The notes under the pieces are model-generated. The model saw only the letters and a program-made list of their open reading frames with translations, was not told where the DNA came from and made no database searches. Of a stretch of 25,290 nucleotides of DNA, positions 6,731 to 15,602 are shown piece by piece. The first letter of the stretch is position 1. Each line of letters starts with the position of its first letter. Source of the stretch: a virus (Duplodnaviria > Caudoviricetes); IMG/VR virus record IMGVR_UViG_3300045902_000573, positions 1 through 25,290 of that record; one strand, 5' to 3'. The position numbers and the translations under genes are program-made.

Positions 6731-7681
6731 ATGAATAACGGTTCGGTTTCATTTATTCCCTTTGAGGTTTTTAAACAGTCTTTGCAAGTTGAAAAAACCG
6801 TTTTAGAAGTTGCAGAAACAAACAACTTTGTAAAGTTCCTTATTGCCCTGTTTGGGGTTGAAGTTGCCAACCAGTTGATAAGCTGTTATTTTATTGGGAC
6901 ATCAAAACATTGGAACGGGGCAACGGTATTTTGGCAAATAGATACACAGGGCAAAATAAGAACGGGCAAAATAATGCTTTACAGCCCCACCACAGGCAAA
7001 AGAGTAAAAGAACCATTCAACCATATTTATTGGGCACACAAAGCCCTTAAAAAGCCTGAATTTGAGTTAAAGCAATGTTTTTTTGGTGAACACTTGCTAA
7101 TTGATATTGATAAAACAAAACCCGTTGCCATAGTTGAAAGCGAAAAAACAGCTATAATTGCCAGCCTTTATTTGCCCAAGTTTATTTGGTTGGCAGCAGG
7201 GAGTAAAGACGGGCTGAACGCTGAAAAATGCAGCGTATTAAAGGGGCGAACCGTTGCACTATTTCCCACCCTCAACAGGTTTGAGAAATGGAGTAACAAG
7301 GCAAAAGAGTTATCACATATTGCAAATTTTATCGTTTCTGATTTACTAGAACGCAAAGCCACCGAAGCTGAAAGGAAACAAGGGCTTGACCTTGCAGACT
7401 ATTTGATAAAGTTTGATTGGAGGCTATTCAGGGAAGGGGATATTCAGGAACAAACACCACAGCCCAAATTTGATATGAAAAAATTGAATAATATGACATT
7501 TGAAGAAAAACTTTTTTGGGAACTGTATAAAGACACAGAAGAGCATCTCGCTAATCTTAAAGAACATAGCGAAATCGCTAAAAAATACTACCTGCACGAT
7601 ATGAAAGAATTTTTTTTTAATCTTTTTGAACAAAAACAAGCAAAACAATGCAACAAAATAAAAAGAACTCCGAGAGACTAA
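6731..7681 (+). CDS. DUF6371-like Toprim/primase-related protein
   Basis: ATVFWQID.QGKIRTGKIMLY, QCFFGEHLL, VAIVESEKTAII, WLAAGS and GLDLADYL motifs of a Bacteroidetes mobile-element family; the last ~80 aa look unrelated. Confidence 0.75.
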   Translation: MNNGSVSFIPFEVFKQSLQVEKTVLEVAETNNFVKFLIALFGVEVANQLISCYFIGTSKHWNGATVFWQIDTQGKIRTGKIMLYSPTTGKRVKEPFNHIYWAHKALKKPEFELKQCFFGEHLLIDIDKTKPVAIVESEKTAIIASLYLPKFIWLAAGSKDGLNAEKCSVLKGRTVALFPTLNRFEKWSNKAKELSHIANFIVSDLLERKATEAERKQGLDLADYLIKFDWRLFREGDIQEQTPQPKFDMKKLNNMTFEEKLFWELYKDTEEHLANLKEHSEIAKKYYLHDMKEFFFNLFEQKQAKQCNKIKRTPRD

Positions 7682-9072
7682 TTGCCACAAAAATCGATGC
7701 CAAACAGCCTTCCGCTCTGGATATTGAAGAGCAAATTCTGGGTGCTATCATCTTAGAACCGCAAAGCTCGTTTATGCTATTGCCCGCTCTGCCAAAACCT
7801 TCCGATTTTTACAATAAAACATATCAAGAAATTATGCAAATAATTCTTGATATGAAAGAAAAAAATATGGTGATAGATATTAGCACAGTTTCGCACTATG
7901 CAAAAAAAATGCTTAACAAGAACATTGCATACGAAATTGTTCATATCACAACGAAGGTAAACAGCTCGCAAAACATCGCTTCGCACTACTTTATACTTAA
8001 AGAGTATGCTTTAAAGCGAAAAATGATTGAAAGTTGTATAAAAACAGCTCAAAGTGCATATCAAGACGATACAGACGCTTTAGAAATTTTAAATGTGATA
8101 CAAAAAGATTTGCAAGATATTACTTCTGATACATTTGAAAGCTCGCAAAAGCGAGTTTTTGATGGAGTAGAACTATACGAACAAACTCTTGCAAAAATTA
8201 AAGAAAATATACAAAAAAGATGGCTCGGAGAAGCTGCGGGCATAAGCACAGGTCTAAAACAGTTAGATGAAATACTCGGAGGCTGGAAGAAAGGCAAACT
8301 GTACTTTATTGCAGCACGCCCATCAATGGGCAAGACCGCAACTGCACTAAATTTTGCTTACAACGCTATAAAACAAAACAAAAAAGTTTTATACTTCAGC
8401 CTCGAAATGACAAAATACGATATATTTTTGAGGCTTTTAGTGCTGGAGGCTAATTTTTTGATAGATGAATATAACAAGAAAGGTTACTATGTTGAAATGC
8501 TTAGCAACCTTGAGGCTGAAAACGGCAATGTAACAGAAGAACAATTATTTTTCTTGGAAAAAGCAGGCGAAACACTTAATCTTGAAAATCTTTTCATTAC
8601 AGATGCTTCAAAAGTAACAAATCAGGAATTTAACAGCATTTGTTACTCTCAAAAAATGAAAACAGGTTTAGATTTAGTTATTTCAGACTACATACAGCTA
8701 AAAAAAGGCGACAAGGCTGAAAGAAAAGATTTAGAACTCGGTTCAATCTCGGCAAACAGCAAACAAATTGCAAAAACACTTGATATTCCTGTCATAGAAC
8801 TTGCTCAACTAAACAGAGATGTTGAGAAAAGAGAAAATAAAATCCCGCAGATGTCGGACCTTAAAAATACAGGCAATTTTGAAGAAGATGCAGATGTGGT
8901 GATTATGCTTTACCGACCAACCTACTATGGTATTGAAACATTTGAGGACGGCACGTCTGCACACGAAAAAATCGGTTTTTACATTCGCAAAAACCGTTCT
9001 GGTGCAGTTACGCCCGATGCCATCATCGCAAAATACATACTTCCTACCAATCAAATAAAAGATTTAACTTAA
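7648..9072 (+). CDS. dnaB: Replicative DNA helicase
   Basis: N-terminal EEQILGAIIL domain, GISTGLKQLD, Walker A AARPSMGKT, FSLEM, DYIQL, LAQLNRDVE, SDLKNTGNFEEDAD and KNRSG. Confidence 0.95.
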   Translation: MQQNKKNSERLIATKIDAKQPSALDIEEQILGAIILEPQSSFMLLPALPKPSDFYNKTYQEIMQIILDMKEKNMVIDISTVSHYAKKMLNKNIAYEIVHITTKVNSSQNIASHYFILKEYALKRKMIESCIKTAQSAYQDDTDALEILNVIQKDLQDITSDTFESSQKRVFDGVELYEQTLAKIKENIQKRWLGEAAGISTGLKQLDEILGGWKKGKLYFIAARPSMGKTATALNFAYNAIKQNKKVLYFSLEMTKYDIFLRLLVLEANFLIDEYNKKGYYVEMLSNLEAENGNVTEEQLFFLEKAGETLNLENLFITDASKVTNQEFNSICYSQKMKTGLDLVISDYIQLKKGDKAERKDLELGSISANSKQIAKTLDIPVIELAQLNRDVEKRENKIPQMSDLKNTGNFEEDADVVIMLYRPTYYGIETFEDGTSAHEKIGFYIRKNRSGAVTPDAIIAKYILPTNQIKDLT

Positions 9073-9078
9073 ACGGTT

Positions 9079-9221
9079 GCCATCGATGCCCCCCCGATGG
9101 CATCGATGAGTGGTACCTAAAAGTTGAAAAATGAAAAATTAAACCCTTTATTATCAGCAAGTTATGAAAGCAAAAAAGGCGTATAATTAACAATAACTCC
9201 GATGCCATCGATGCCATCGAT
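9079..9221. repeat. Two clusters of CGATGCCAT / ATCGAT repeats
   Basis: Inverted repeat CATCGATGCC-N8-GGCATCGATG (9081-9108) and tandem CGATGCCATCGATGCCATCGAT (9200-9221). Confidence 0.8.
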
Positions 9222-9252
9222 TCAAACAGATTTAACTTTTTAACTTAAAAAT

Positions 9253-9708
9253 ATGGCACAAACAACAGTACAAAAAACATTCATAATTCTTAATCTAATC
9301 GCACAAGTAGAAGTCTGGATAGATAGTCTTGTTGAAGAGCTCAAAGAAAAAAAACAGCATATTAAAAATAATAAAAATGCTGGTGGTAAACTTGAAGGAG
9401 TACACAGCGTTTTAGGCAATAATAACGTCGCTTTTAGGCTTAATAGCATTAAAAACAACATAAGAGGGCTAAAAGATGCACTAAAAGCAATTGGCTTTGA
9501 TAACGAGCTAAATACATATCTTTCAGCTGGCATTTACAAGTTGTTGGATTTAGTTGTAAAGCAAGACACAGAGAACCTCAATGCCATCAATCATATTGCG
9601 ATGATGATGCTGGACGAAGGTATCACACACGAGAATATATTCATATTTACTAATCCAACAACTATTAAATACGCAAAAAAATTGGTTGAACAACAAACAA
9701 GAATGTAA
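9253..9708 (+). CDS. Hypothetical protein, 151 aa
   Basis: ATG ORF with A-rich leader (aaaaatATG); last plus-strand gene of the replication block. Confidence 0.75.
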   Translation: MAQTTVQKTFIILNLIAQVEVWIDSLVEELKEKKQHIKNNKNAGGKLEGVHSVLGNNNVAFRLNSIKNNIRGLKDALKAIGFDNELNTYLSAGIYKLLDLVVKQDTENLNAINHIAMMMLDEGITHENIFIFTNPTTIKYAKKLVEQQTRM

Positions 9709-9948
9709 CTAATGCTCTTGTTTTGTTTGGTCAATCGTCAATTTGCTTAATATCGTAGCCGTTACGCTAATTGTTAAAGTGTACTTTAGCACTTCAATCA
9801 GGGTCGGGTGCACATAGTCTAAAACTGTTTGGCTTTCTAAAAAAGGCAAAACAACTAAATGTAAGCCCGATAAACTTAGCGTAACATAATGCACCTTTGC
9901 CCAAAATTTTGGCATTTTGCTTTTCCATCTGTTAATCAATTCTTTCAT
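9709..9948 (-). CDS. Holin-like membrane protein
   Basis: 79 aa, two hydrophobic segments, RWKSKMPKFW N-terminus, located in the lysis cluster. Confidence 0.6.
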   Translation of the reverse strand: MKELINRWKSKMPKFWAKVHYVTLSLSGLHLVVLPFLESQTVLDYVHPTLIEVLKYTLTISVTATILSKLTIDQTKQEH

Positions 9949-9949
9949 A

Positions 9950-10234
9950 TCATCTTACGTTGTTTCGTTCTAATTTTAGCTTTATATCCATCAACATTTT
10001 TTCAATATTGTCAAAACGCTCCCAAATACGAGTTTCTAAATCCTCGTAATCACTTCGCATTTCTTCAATACGTTTTTGTATCTCTTTTTTATTCATATCA
10101 ATATCTTTTTGCATTTGTTCGTTTTTTAATTCTAATTTCAGAACACGCTCCCGCATAACGCCCCACGCAATAAAGATAGATACCAAAACCGTGATTACTT
10201 TTTCAACCCATTGAATATTTTCCATATTTATCAA
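9950..10234 (-). CDS. Single-TM coiled-coil protein (holin/XhlA-like)
   Basis: TM segment VITVLVSIFIAWGVM followed by a charged coiled coil; overlaps the endolysin stop by 4 bp. Confidence 0.55.
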   Translation of the reverse strand: MINMENIQWVEKVITVLVSIFIAWGVMRERVLKLELKNEQMQKDIDMNKKEIQKRIEEMRSDYEDLETRIWERFDNIEKMLMDIKLKLERNNVR

Positions 10235-10770
10235 ATTTCTTTTGGGAAACTATTTAGTCTATTGAGCCAACCTTGTAAAAAAATTTTCATTTGAGGACGA
10301 GCCAACACAAGATTTCTATAAAAACGCTCTCGTTCCTGCCAAATTTTCTTGTAAAGCTCCGACTGATTAGCTTTGTTAATAGCTGCGATAGTTTTTATGC
10401 CTGCGATGCCATCTGTTGCTAAGTTATTGCCCATCGAGTTCAAAATGCGTTGCACTCTTACAATCGCTATACCAGCACCAGAATTGATAACCCAATCGAT
10501 GATGATTTCTGCAACTTTTTGATTGTGTATCAAATGCCCGCCGTTTGCTTCCCAAAACCACTTCTTATAGATAGCTTTTGCGTCTGCCTCTGTGATTAGT
10601 GCAACATCTTCGCAAGTAATTACACCATCGCCCGTTTTATCGTAGCCAAAACGCCTCCACGTGTCAATTGTAATTCCTCTGTTTGTACAGCCCCCTGGAT
10701 CCTCTTTGTAGTCGCCATATCCGCCCTCCCATTTGAGCACGTGCGGAATAAATTTCTCAAAATCTGCCAT
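10231..10770 (-). CDS. Endolysin, glycoside hydrolase family 108 with PG-binding C-terminus
   Basis: EGGY..DPGG.TNRGIT catalytic motif, DWVINSG, DGIAGIKT and FLQGWLNRL. Confidence 0.92.
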   Translation of the reverse strand: MADFEKFIPHVLKWEGGYGDYKEDPGGCTNRGITIDTWRRFGYDKTGDGVITCEDVALITEADAKAIYKKWFWEANGGHLIHNQKVAEIIIDWVINSGAGIAIVRVQRILNSMGNNLATDGIAGIKTIAAINKANQSELYKKIWQERERFYRNLVLARPQMKIFLQGWLNRLNSFPKEI

Positions 10771-10776
10771 ATTACA

Positions 10777-11067
10777 TTATTTTTTATTAAAAATTTTTCC
10801 TAAAAAACCTTTGCGTTTTGTCTCGCTTTTTGTACTGTCTGTAAGCTGTAAATTCTCTTTGCTTTCTACTTGTAACAAACTTTTTAAATCTATTGTGCCG
10901 TTTCCCTTCGCTTTTATTTTCTCGTTGTTGATATACAAAACTGTTTGCGGAGGACATTCGGGGCACTGAGGGCATTTTTCTGTAAAAAACTGCTCCTTTA
11001 CGATGTAGCCCGCCGAAAAACCCAACGAGGCAAAGCACAATGCAAAAATTATATCTTTACTAAACAT
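10777..11067 (-). CDS. Membrane-anchored lysis-region protein (possible spanin-like)
   Basis: N-terminal hydrophobic segment, CPQCPECPP motif, basic C-terminus KRKGFLGKIF; adjacent to the endolysin. Confidence 0.45.
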   Translation of the reverse strand: MFSKDIIFALCFASLGFSAGYIVKEQFFTEKCPQCPECPPQTVLYINNEKIKAKGNGTIDLKSLLQVESKENLQLTDSTKSETKRKGFLGKIFNKK

Positions 11068-11070
11068 ATT

Positions 11071-11328
11071 TTATGAATTATTGCTAAATATTTCAAAAAA
11101 ATCTGTATGCGGAGGCAATAAATCTGTAATATCCTCTCTTATTTCTTTGTAATGCAAATCTAATTTATATTTTGCAGGTTGTACTAAGAAAAACCACAAA
11201 TTTTTTTTGTGTGCTTTCCGTATCACTGCCCACGTTTCTGTGCCTTTTTTGTCAGGAAAGCCCATCTTTGCGTTGATTGCTTGCAACGCTTCTTCTGCTT
11301 TTTTTTTCGTGTTAAATACGTAATACAT
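11071..11328 (-). CDS. Hypothetical protein, 85 aa
   Basis: Tightly packed in the late operon after the lectin-like tail protein. Confidence 0.7.
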   Translation of the reverse strand: MYYVFNTKKKAEEALQAINAKMGFPDKKGTETWAVIRKAHKKNLWFFLVQPAKYKLDLHYKEIREDITDLLPPHTDFFEIFSNNS

Positions 11329-11332
11329 AGCC

Positions 11333-12001
11333 CTAAGGTATAAAATTATGATACGCTTGTAAATATGATTGTAATCTGTTGCGTTGGTCTGTGGTGAGTA
11401 TTGCAGAAAACAGTATTACACGAGAAATGTTGCCATTCCAATTCAACGCACCAGCGGGGTCTTGCCCTATCGCCAAATCTTTGTATGAACTTGTAGCTGT
11501 TACATAAACACTTTTAAATTCGTTCATAGGTAGAAATGATGCTGTATTTATGTTATTTATAGCTACGTAATTGGTAACCTCAGGAACGCTATTAAAAATA
11601 TTTGTAGTATTAAGCAACCCAAAAATACCTAAATGAAAAATATCCCCAACTGTTCTTGTTGAAACCAAACAATTGAAAAACCCAAAATTTGAATTATTAA
11701 AATTTGCTACCGCTACCGCTGAAAGCACAGCGTCTTCTGTAAGTACATCTACCGCAAAAATCCCTTTAGTCCCATCAAAAACGCACGTATCTGCAAGTTT
11801 TACAGGTTGTTGGCTTGCAACACCTTGCGAAACCGTAATGCCTCTATCTATGTAATCTACAACATAATTCACCCCGCCGTCATTTCGCAACGTGAAAGCA
11901 CTATTGTTTTTTGCATTAAAATCAAAAATAATAAGTGCCTCAATATCAGCGTCTAAGGTCGGTGTGCCCGACATCATACTTGCAAAGAAAAAATTGCTCA
12001 T
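11333..12001 (-). CDS. Tail-associated LamG/concanavalin-like domain protein (putative receptor binding)
   Basis: VSQGVASQQP...VFDG and AIG....WNGNISRVILFSAILT.DQR..LQSYL patterns typical of phage LamG-like domains. Confidence 0.6.
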   Translation of the reverse strand: MSNFFFASMMSGTPTLDADIEALIIFDFNAKNNSAFTLRNDGGVNYVVDYIDRGITVSQGVASQQPVKLADTCVFDGTKGIFAVDVLTEDAVLSAVAVANFNNSNFGFFNCLVSTRTVGDIFHLGIFGLLNTTNIFNSVPEVTNYVAINNINTASFLPMNEFKSVYVTATSSYKDLAIGQDPAGALNWNGNISRVILFSAILTTDQRNRLQSYLQAYHNFIP

Positions 12002-12007
12002 ATTTAT

Positions 12008-12799
12008 TTATATTGTTACAATTGGAACGTTGTAATAACTGCCGTTTACTAAAATAAATTCACTAAACGAAAACGCAAAAACAGCAACTTGCCCAGCAGG
12101 CACACGAACCGTAAAACTGTTAGAAGTAACTGCACTCACAGGAATTGAAAAGTTTTGCGAAAGCCTAAAAAAATATTGGTTATGAACAAAAGTTAAATCG
12201 TAGCCCGCACTATCTTGCAAAAGCACTTGCACGTAAGAACCTTCTTGTGATAAAGCAGGCAACATATTTAAAGTTGAGTTCCCTAATAAAAGGTCAATAT
12301 TTGCGTGCAAATTTCTTGGAGAATTTAGTAAATCGTAAGTACCATTCAAATCGTCTAATTGTTGATATAAAGTATCAACATATTTTTTAGGCACAAAACC
12401 TTTTTCATCTATGCTGTTGTATGAAGGCAAGTTAAAATAACGTGCTTTATTGTTTACAACAAGACCATCATTTGCAGAAAGCGTCATAAAACTTTCTGCA
12501 TTATTTACCCCATCATCATATATGACGTTCCATTCAATTGAACTTGAATAAAAACTCTCTCTTGCATTGCTATCGTTGTTTGCATCGTTTAACTGCAAAA
12601 AGAACCCTGAGTTTACAAGTGAACCGTTTTTAGAAACAAAATTCGCAATTAAAGCAGTAAGACCTTGAAGAGTATCATTAAAACCATCACTTTCAGTCTG
12701 CAATTCTTCAATCAAAGCATTGTATTTTGCTACAAAATTGCACATTGTTTCTGTGTTTGCATCTACTTGATTATCTAAAAAATTTGCCATATTATTCAC
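12008..12799 (-). CDS. Putative tail fibre/minor tail protein
   Basis: Position in the tail module; short N-terminal coil and the FVPKKYVD motif seen in fibre proteins. Confidence 0.5.
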   Translation of the reverse strand: MNNMANFLDNQVDANTETMCNFVAKYNALIEELQTESDGFNDTLQGLTALIANFVSKNGSLVNSGFFLQLNDANNDSNARESFYSSSIEWNVIYDDGVNNAESFMTLSANDGLVVNNKARYFNLPSYNSIDEKGFVPKKYVDTLYQQLDDLNGTYDLLNSPRNLHANIDLLLGNSTLNMLPALSQEGSYVQVLLQDSAGYDLTFVHNQYFFRLSQNFSIPVSAVTSNSFTVRVPAGQVAVFAFSFSEFILVNGSYYNVPIVTI

Positions 12800-13532
12800 A
12801 ATTTAATTTTAAACCATTTTTTTCAACTATTTTGCACGTTGCCATTCGCACGCAGAAATCGTCTTGCTCTGTTTTTATATCATAATCACCTCCAAAATCA
12901 TAAGATTTTCCGTTTATTTTTATGTTCCTGCCTTGCAGAAAAATCTTATGAAGCATTTTATGAAATTCATCTGTAACTAAATCTACTTTTAGCGTGTATT
13001 CGTAGTAAGTTTGAAGCCTGCCAACCCGCCTCGCTATCCCAGATGTGCTTTGATAGATTTTTACGTTGTTTGTCTTTGCTTGCATATTCGTATAGTAAAT
13101 AGGCAAACGCTGTTTTAATGCTTGCCAGCCCCAAGAAAATTTTAATTCATATTCTAAAAACATTGAATAACAATCTGTATTCAGATGAAAACAAGTTATT
13201 CCAGACTCGTAGAGAGGCAAACAATATTCAGAAATAGCGACAGTACAATAATCTTCAATAACCGTCCCGCATAGCAAATTGATAGGTCTTTCTACTAAAC
13301 CAAAAAAAATACTCCCTTCTTGCACGTTTGCAAGAGGTGTAAACCTGATTACTTCATAATCATCGTGCGTTGCAAGAACGCTAAAAGAAAAACCCTCCAA
13401 AACTGCATCATATTCTCTATTTTTCACAACAATATCAAAGCTCTCACCAGCTCTAAAAGGCAAGCTATAGCGATGACAAGAGCAAGCAGTGTTCGGAATA
13501 ATACCGTTTAAAAAGCCTCCAACTATTTCCAT
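12792..13532 (-). CDS. Putative minor tail protein
   Basis: 246 aa, overlaps both neighbours in the tail-tip region; no decisive motif. Confidence 0.5.
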   Translation of the reverse strand: MEIVGGFLNGIIPNTACSCHRYSLPFRAGESFDIVVKNREYDAVLEGFSFSVLATHDDYEVIRFTPLANVQEGSIFFGLVERPINLLCGTVIEDYCTVAISEYCLPLYESGITCFHLNTDCYSMFLEYELKFSWGWQALKQRLPIYYTNMQAKTNNVKIYQSTSGIARRVGRLQTYYEYTLKVDLVTDEFHKMLHKIFLQGRNIKINGKSYDFGGDYDIKTEQDDFCVRMATCKIVEKNGLKLNCE

Positions 13533-15601
13533 TATATCAAAACCAATTTAATAGTTGCTATCTGTTCAAATAATTTATATCTTAAATCTTCAATATATCC
13601 ACTCCTAACAACCCCATCACAAGTTGAAAAGTCTATTTTTTTCCTTGTGTTTGCTTTTATCAAATCAAATTGACTTTTAGTCATATTGCACTCAAATTCA
13701 ACAAAAATACATTTGAACAAAGGATTGTTTAACGCAAACAATGTCCCATCGAGCACCGCACTGTAGCCATTTTGACACGAAACTGCAATCGTATTGTTAT
13801 CTACCACAAACCCTCCCGTTCTTGCTGTTTGTCTCAAAAACCCTCCTACACCTTTCACTGTCCCATTACTAAATTCTCGTATGTAATTTAATAAATTTCT
13901 GTTTGGATTTATGCGTGTATTGTAATATTTTCTTACAGTCGTTTGCTCGCAAGTAAAAGGTGAATTTCCAGCTTGCACACACAATATAAACCAACTGTTA
14001 TCGTATTGCGTGTCAGTTGTCTCTAAAAATCTTGTTCTTCTTGTCTTTTCAATCAAATAAGAGCCCGCAATTAGCGTAGAAATTGCGTTTTTAGTTTGTT
14101 TAAATTGTGTTATGTTCGTCGCTTCATATTGTCTTGTTGAATTAAACTCTAAAAGCCCTTCTGTATATTCAGTTTCCCATTTTTGATAGCCAATATCAAT
14201 CAATTTGAATATCTTATTTGTTGCAAGACTTGTTTTAATATCTACCCCTTCTGCATTAAAAAAACTTGAAGTATTATCAAAAAATGTGTCTTTTGGCTCA
14301 ATTCTGATGTATTCTACGTTATTGATAACTTCGTAGGCAAGTGCTAAATTATCAATAGCTCTTAATCCATCAAAAATTTCTTTAAATGAAGCAACCGCAA
14401 TATTTTTGTCTCTTATATGAAAACCTGTTGTAAGAACTCGCCAAGCACCGCAACCGTTTGCACCGTAATCCCTTTGCCCAGCCCTGCCATAATACTTTGA
14501 ATATAGCTGTAATTGATTATTAGACGCTTTTTTGATTAAATCGTCTAATAATTCGTGTACTAAATAAGATTTTACTCTGCTTGTAGGGAAAGGGTCAGAG
14601 TTGAAAAATATTTTAACTGTATTGTCAACCGCATCGTAGGGAGGAGAATTGATAAATGCCTCACCCCAGCGAAATTTCGCTCCCCCGCTGTACGGAATTA
14701 ACGTATCGCAGCCCGTAGGGTTTGGGTTTCTATTGAAAGTGTATCTTATATTTAAAATATCTCCTACGTTGCAAACTCGTGAGTACGTCCCACCTTCAAA
14801 AATTGCTTCATAATCGTAGCCTCCGAGCGGGGTGTAAAGCTCTTGCCCCTGAGGGTCTAAATCGTAAGGTCTGAGCGTAACAGTTTGCCCAAAAACCGTA
14901 AAACTCGCACTGTGAGCAGGCGAAAAATTGTCCTCACTTCCTCGTATGCAATTATCAAAACCTGTTCCTAACTGCACCACAGGAATAGTGAAATTGATTG
15001 TAACAGGCTTAATACAACGCAACCAAGTATCCGTCCCGTCCTGCTCCCAAATGAAATAATTTTCAAAATCGGGTTCTTGCGAGCGGACCGAAAAAACCGC
15101 TTTCCGCTGGATTGGCGTAGGTGTGTAAGGGTCGGGACTTGTGCTTTGCGTAGGTTCGCTATTTAACCACGATAAAGCTACAAACAATTGAAATATTACT
15201 CCGTGCATATCCACTTGCACGCTTGGAGCGTTTACAACGCTTTCTTTGCGTTCTACATTGTTAGCAAATACAACTAATTTGTCAATGCTTTCAATATTAC
15301 AAGTAAAAACACCGTCTTCATCTGTATAAGATGTCAAATTAAGCCTGCCACGATACAAAAAACTACTATCGCAATCGTCTATTACTTCTAAAATTATTTC
15401 ATTTTCAAAATGTCCGTTGTCTAATGCTTGTAATATGATATTTCTTGCATCTCCATCAAACCCTAATTGCCCGCCACGTTCAAAAAATATTCCTTCATAA
15501 TTGCTATCTTTACGCAAAATAAGCTCCAAATCCGTAAAACCAACAGGCTCTTGGATTGGATAAGTTGTAAGATTGTGTATGAGATTAAATGAATAAGCCA
15601 T
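13532..15601 (-). CDS. Putative tail tip/hub protein
   Basis: 689 aa directly after the tape measure; beta-rich, with EYIRIEP and GYIEDLRY..ATIKL segments resembling Bacteroidetes phage tail proteins. Confidence 0.55.
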   Translation of the reverse strand: MAYSFNLIHNLTTYPIQEPVGFTDLELILRKDSNYEGIFFERGGQLGFDGDARNIILQALDNGHFENEIILEVIDDCDSSFLYRGRLNLTSYTDEDGVFTCNIESIDKLVVFANNVERKESVVNAPSVQVDMHGVIFQLFVALSWLNSEPTQSTSPDPYTPTPIQRKAVFSVRSQEPDFENYFIWEQDGTDTWLRCIKPVTINFTIPVVQLGTGFDNCIRGSEDNFSPAHSASFTVFGQTVTLRPYDLDPQGQELYTPLGGYDYEAIFEGGTYSRVCNVGDILNIRYTFNRNPNPTGCDTLIPYSGGAKFRWGEAFINSPPYDAVDNTVKIFFNSDPFPTSRVKSYLVHELLDDLIKKASNNQLQLYSKYYGRAGQRDYGANGCGAWRVLTTGFHIRDKNIAVASFKEIFDGLRAIDNLALAYEVINNVEYIRIEPKDTFFDNTSSFFNAEGVDIKTSLATNKIFKLIDIGYQKWETEYTEGLLEFNSTRQYEATNITQFKQTKNAISTLIAGSYLIEKTRRTRFLETTDTQYDNSWFILCVQAGNSPFTCEQTTVRKYYNTRINPNRNLLNYIREFSNGTVKGVGGFLRQTARTGGFVVDNNTIAVSCQNGYSAVLDGTLFALNNPLFKCIFVEFECNMTKSQFDLIKANTRKKIDFSTCDGVVRSGYIEDLRYKLFEQIATIKLVLI

Positions 15602-15602
15602 A

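Noticed and set aside
11333-12799. Asn-rich tail proteins as diversity-generating retroelement targets
   Set aside because: No template/variable repeat pair and no reverse transcriptase seen in the window.
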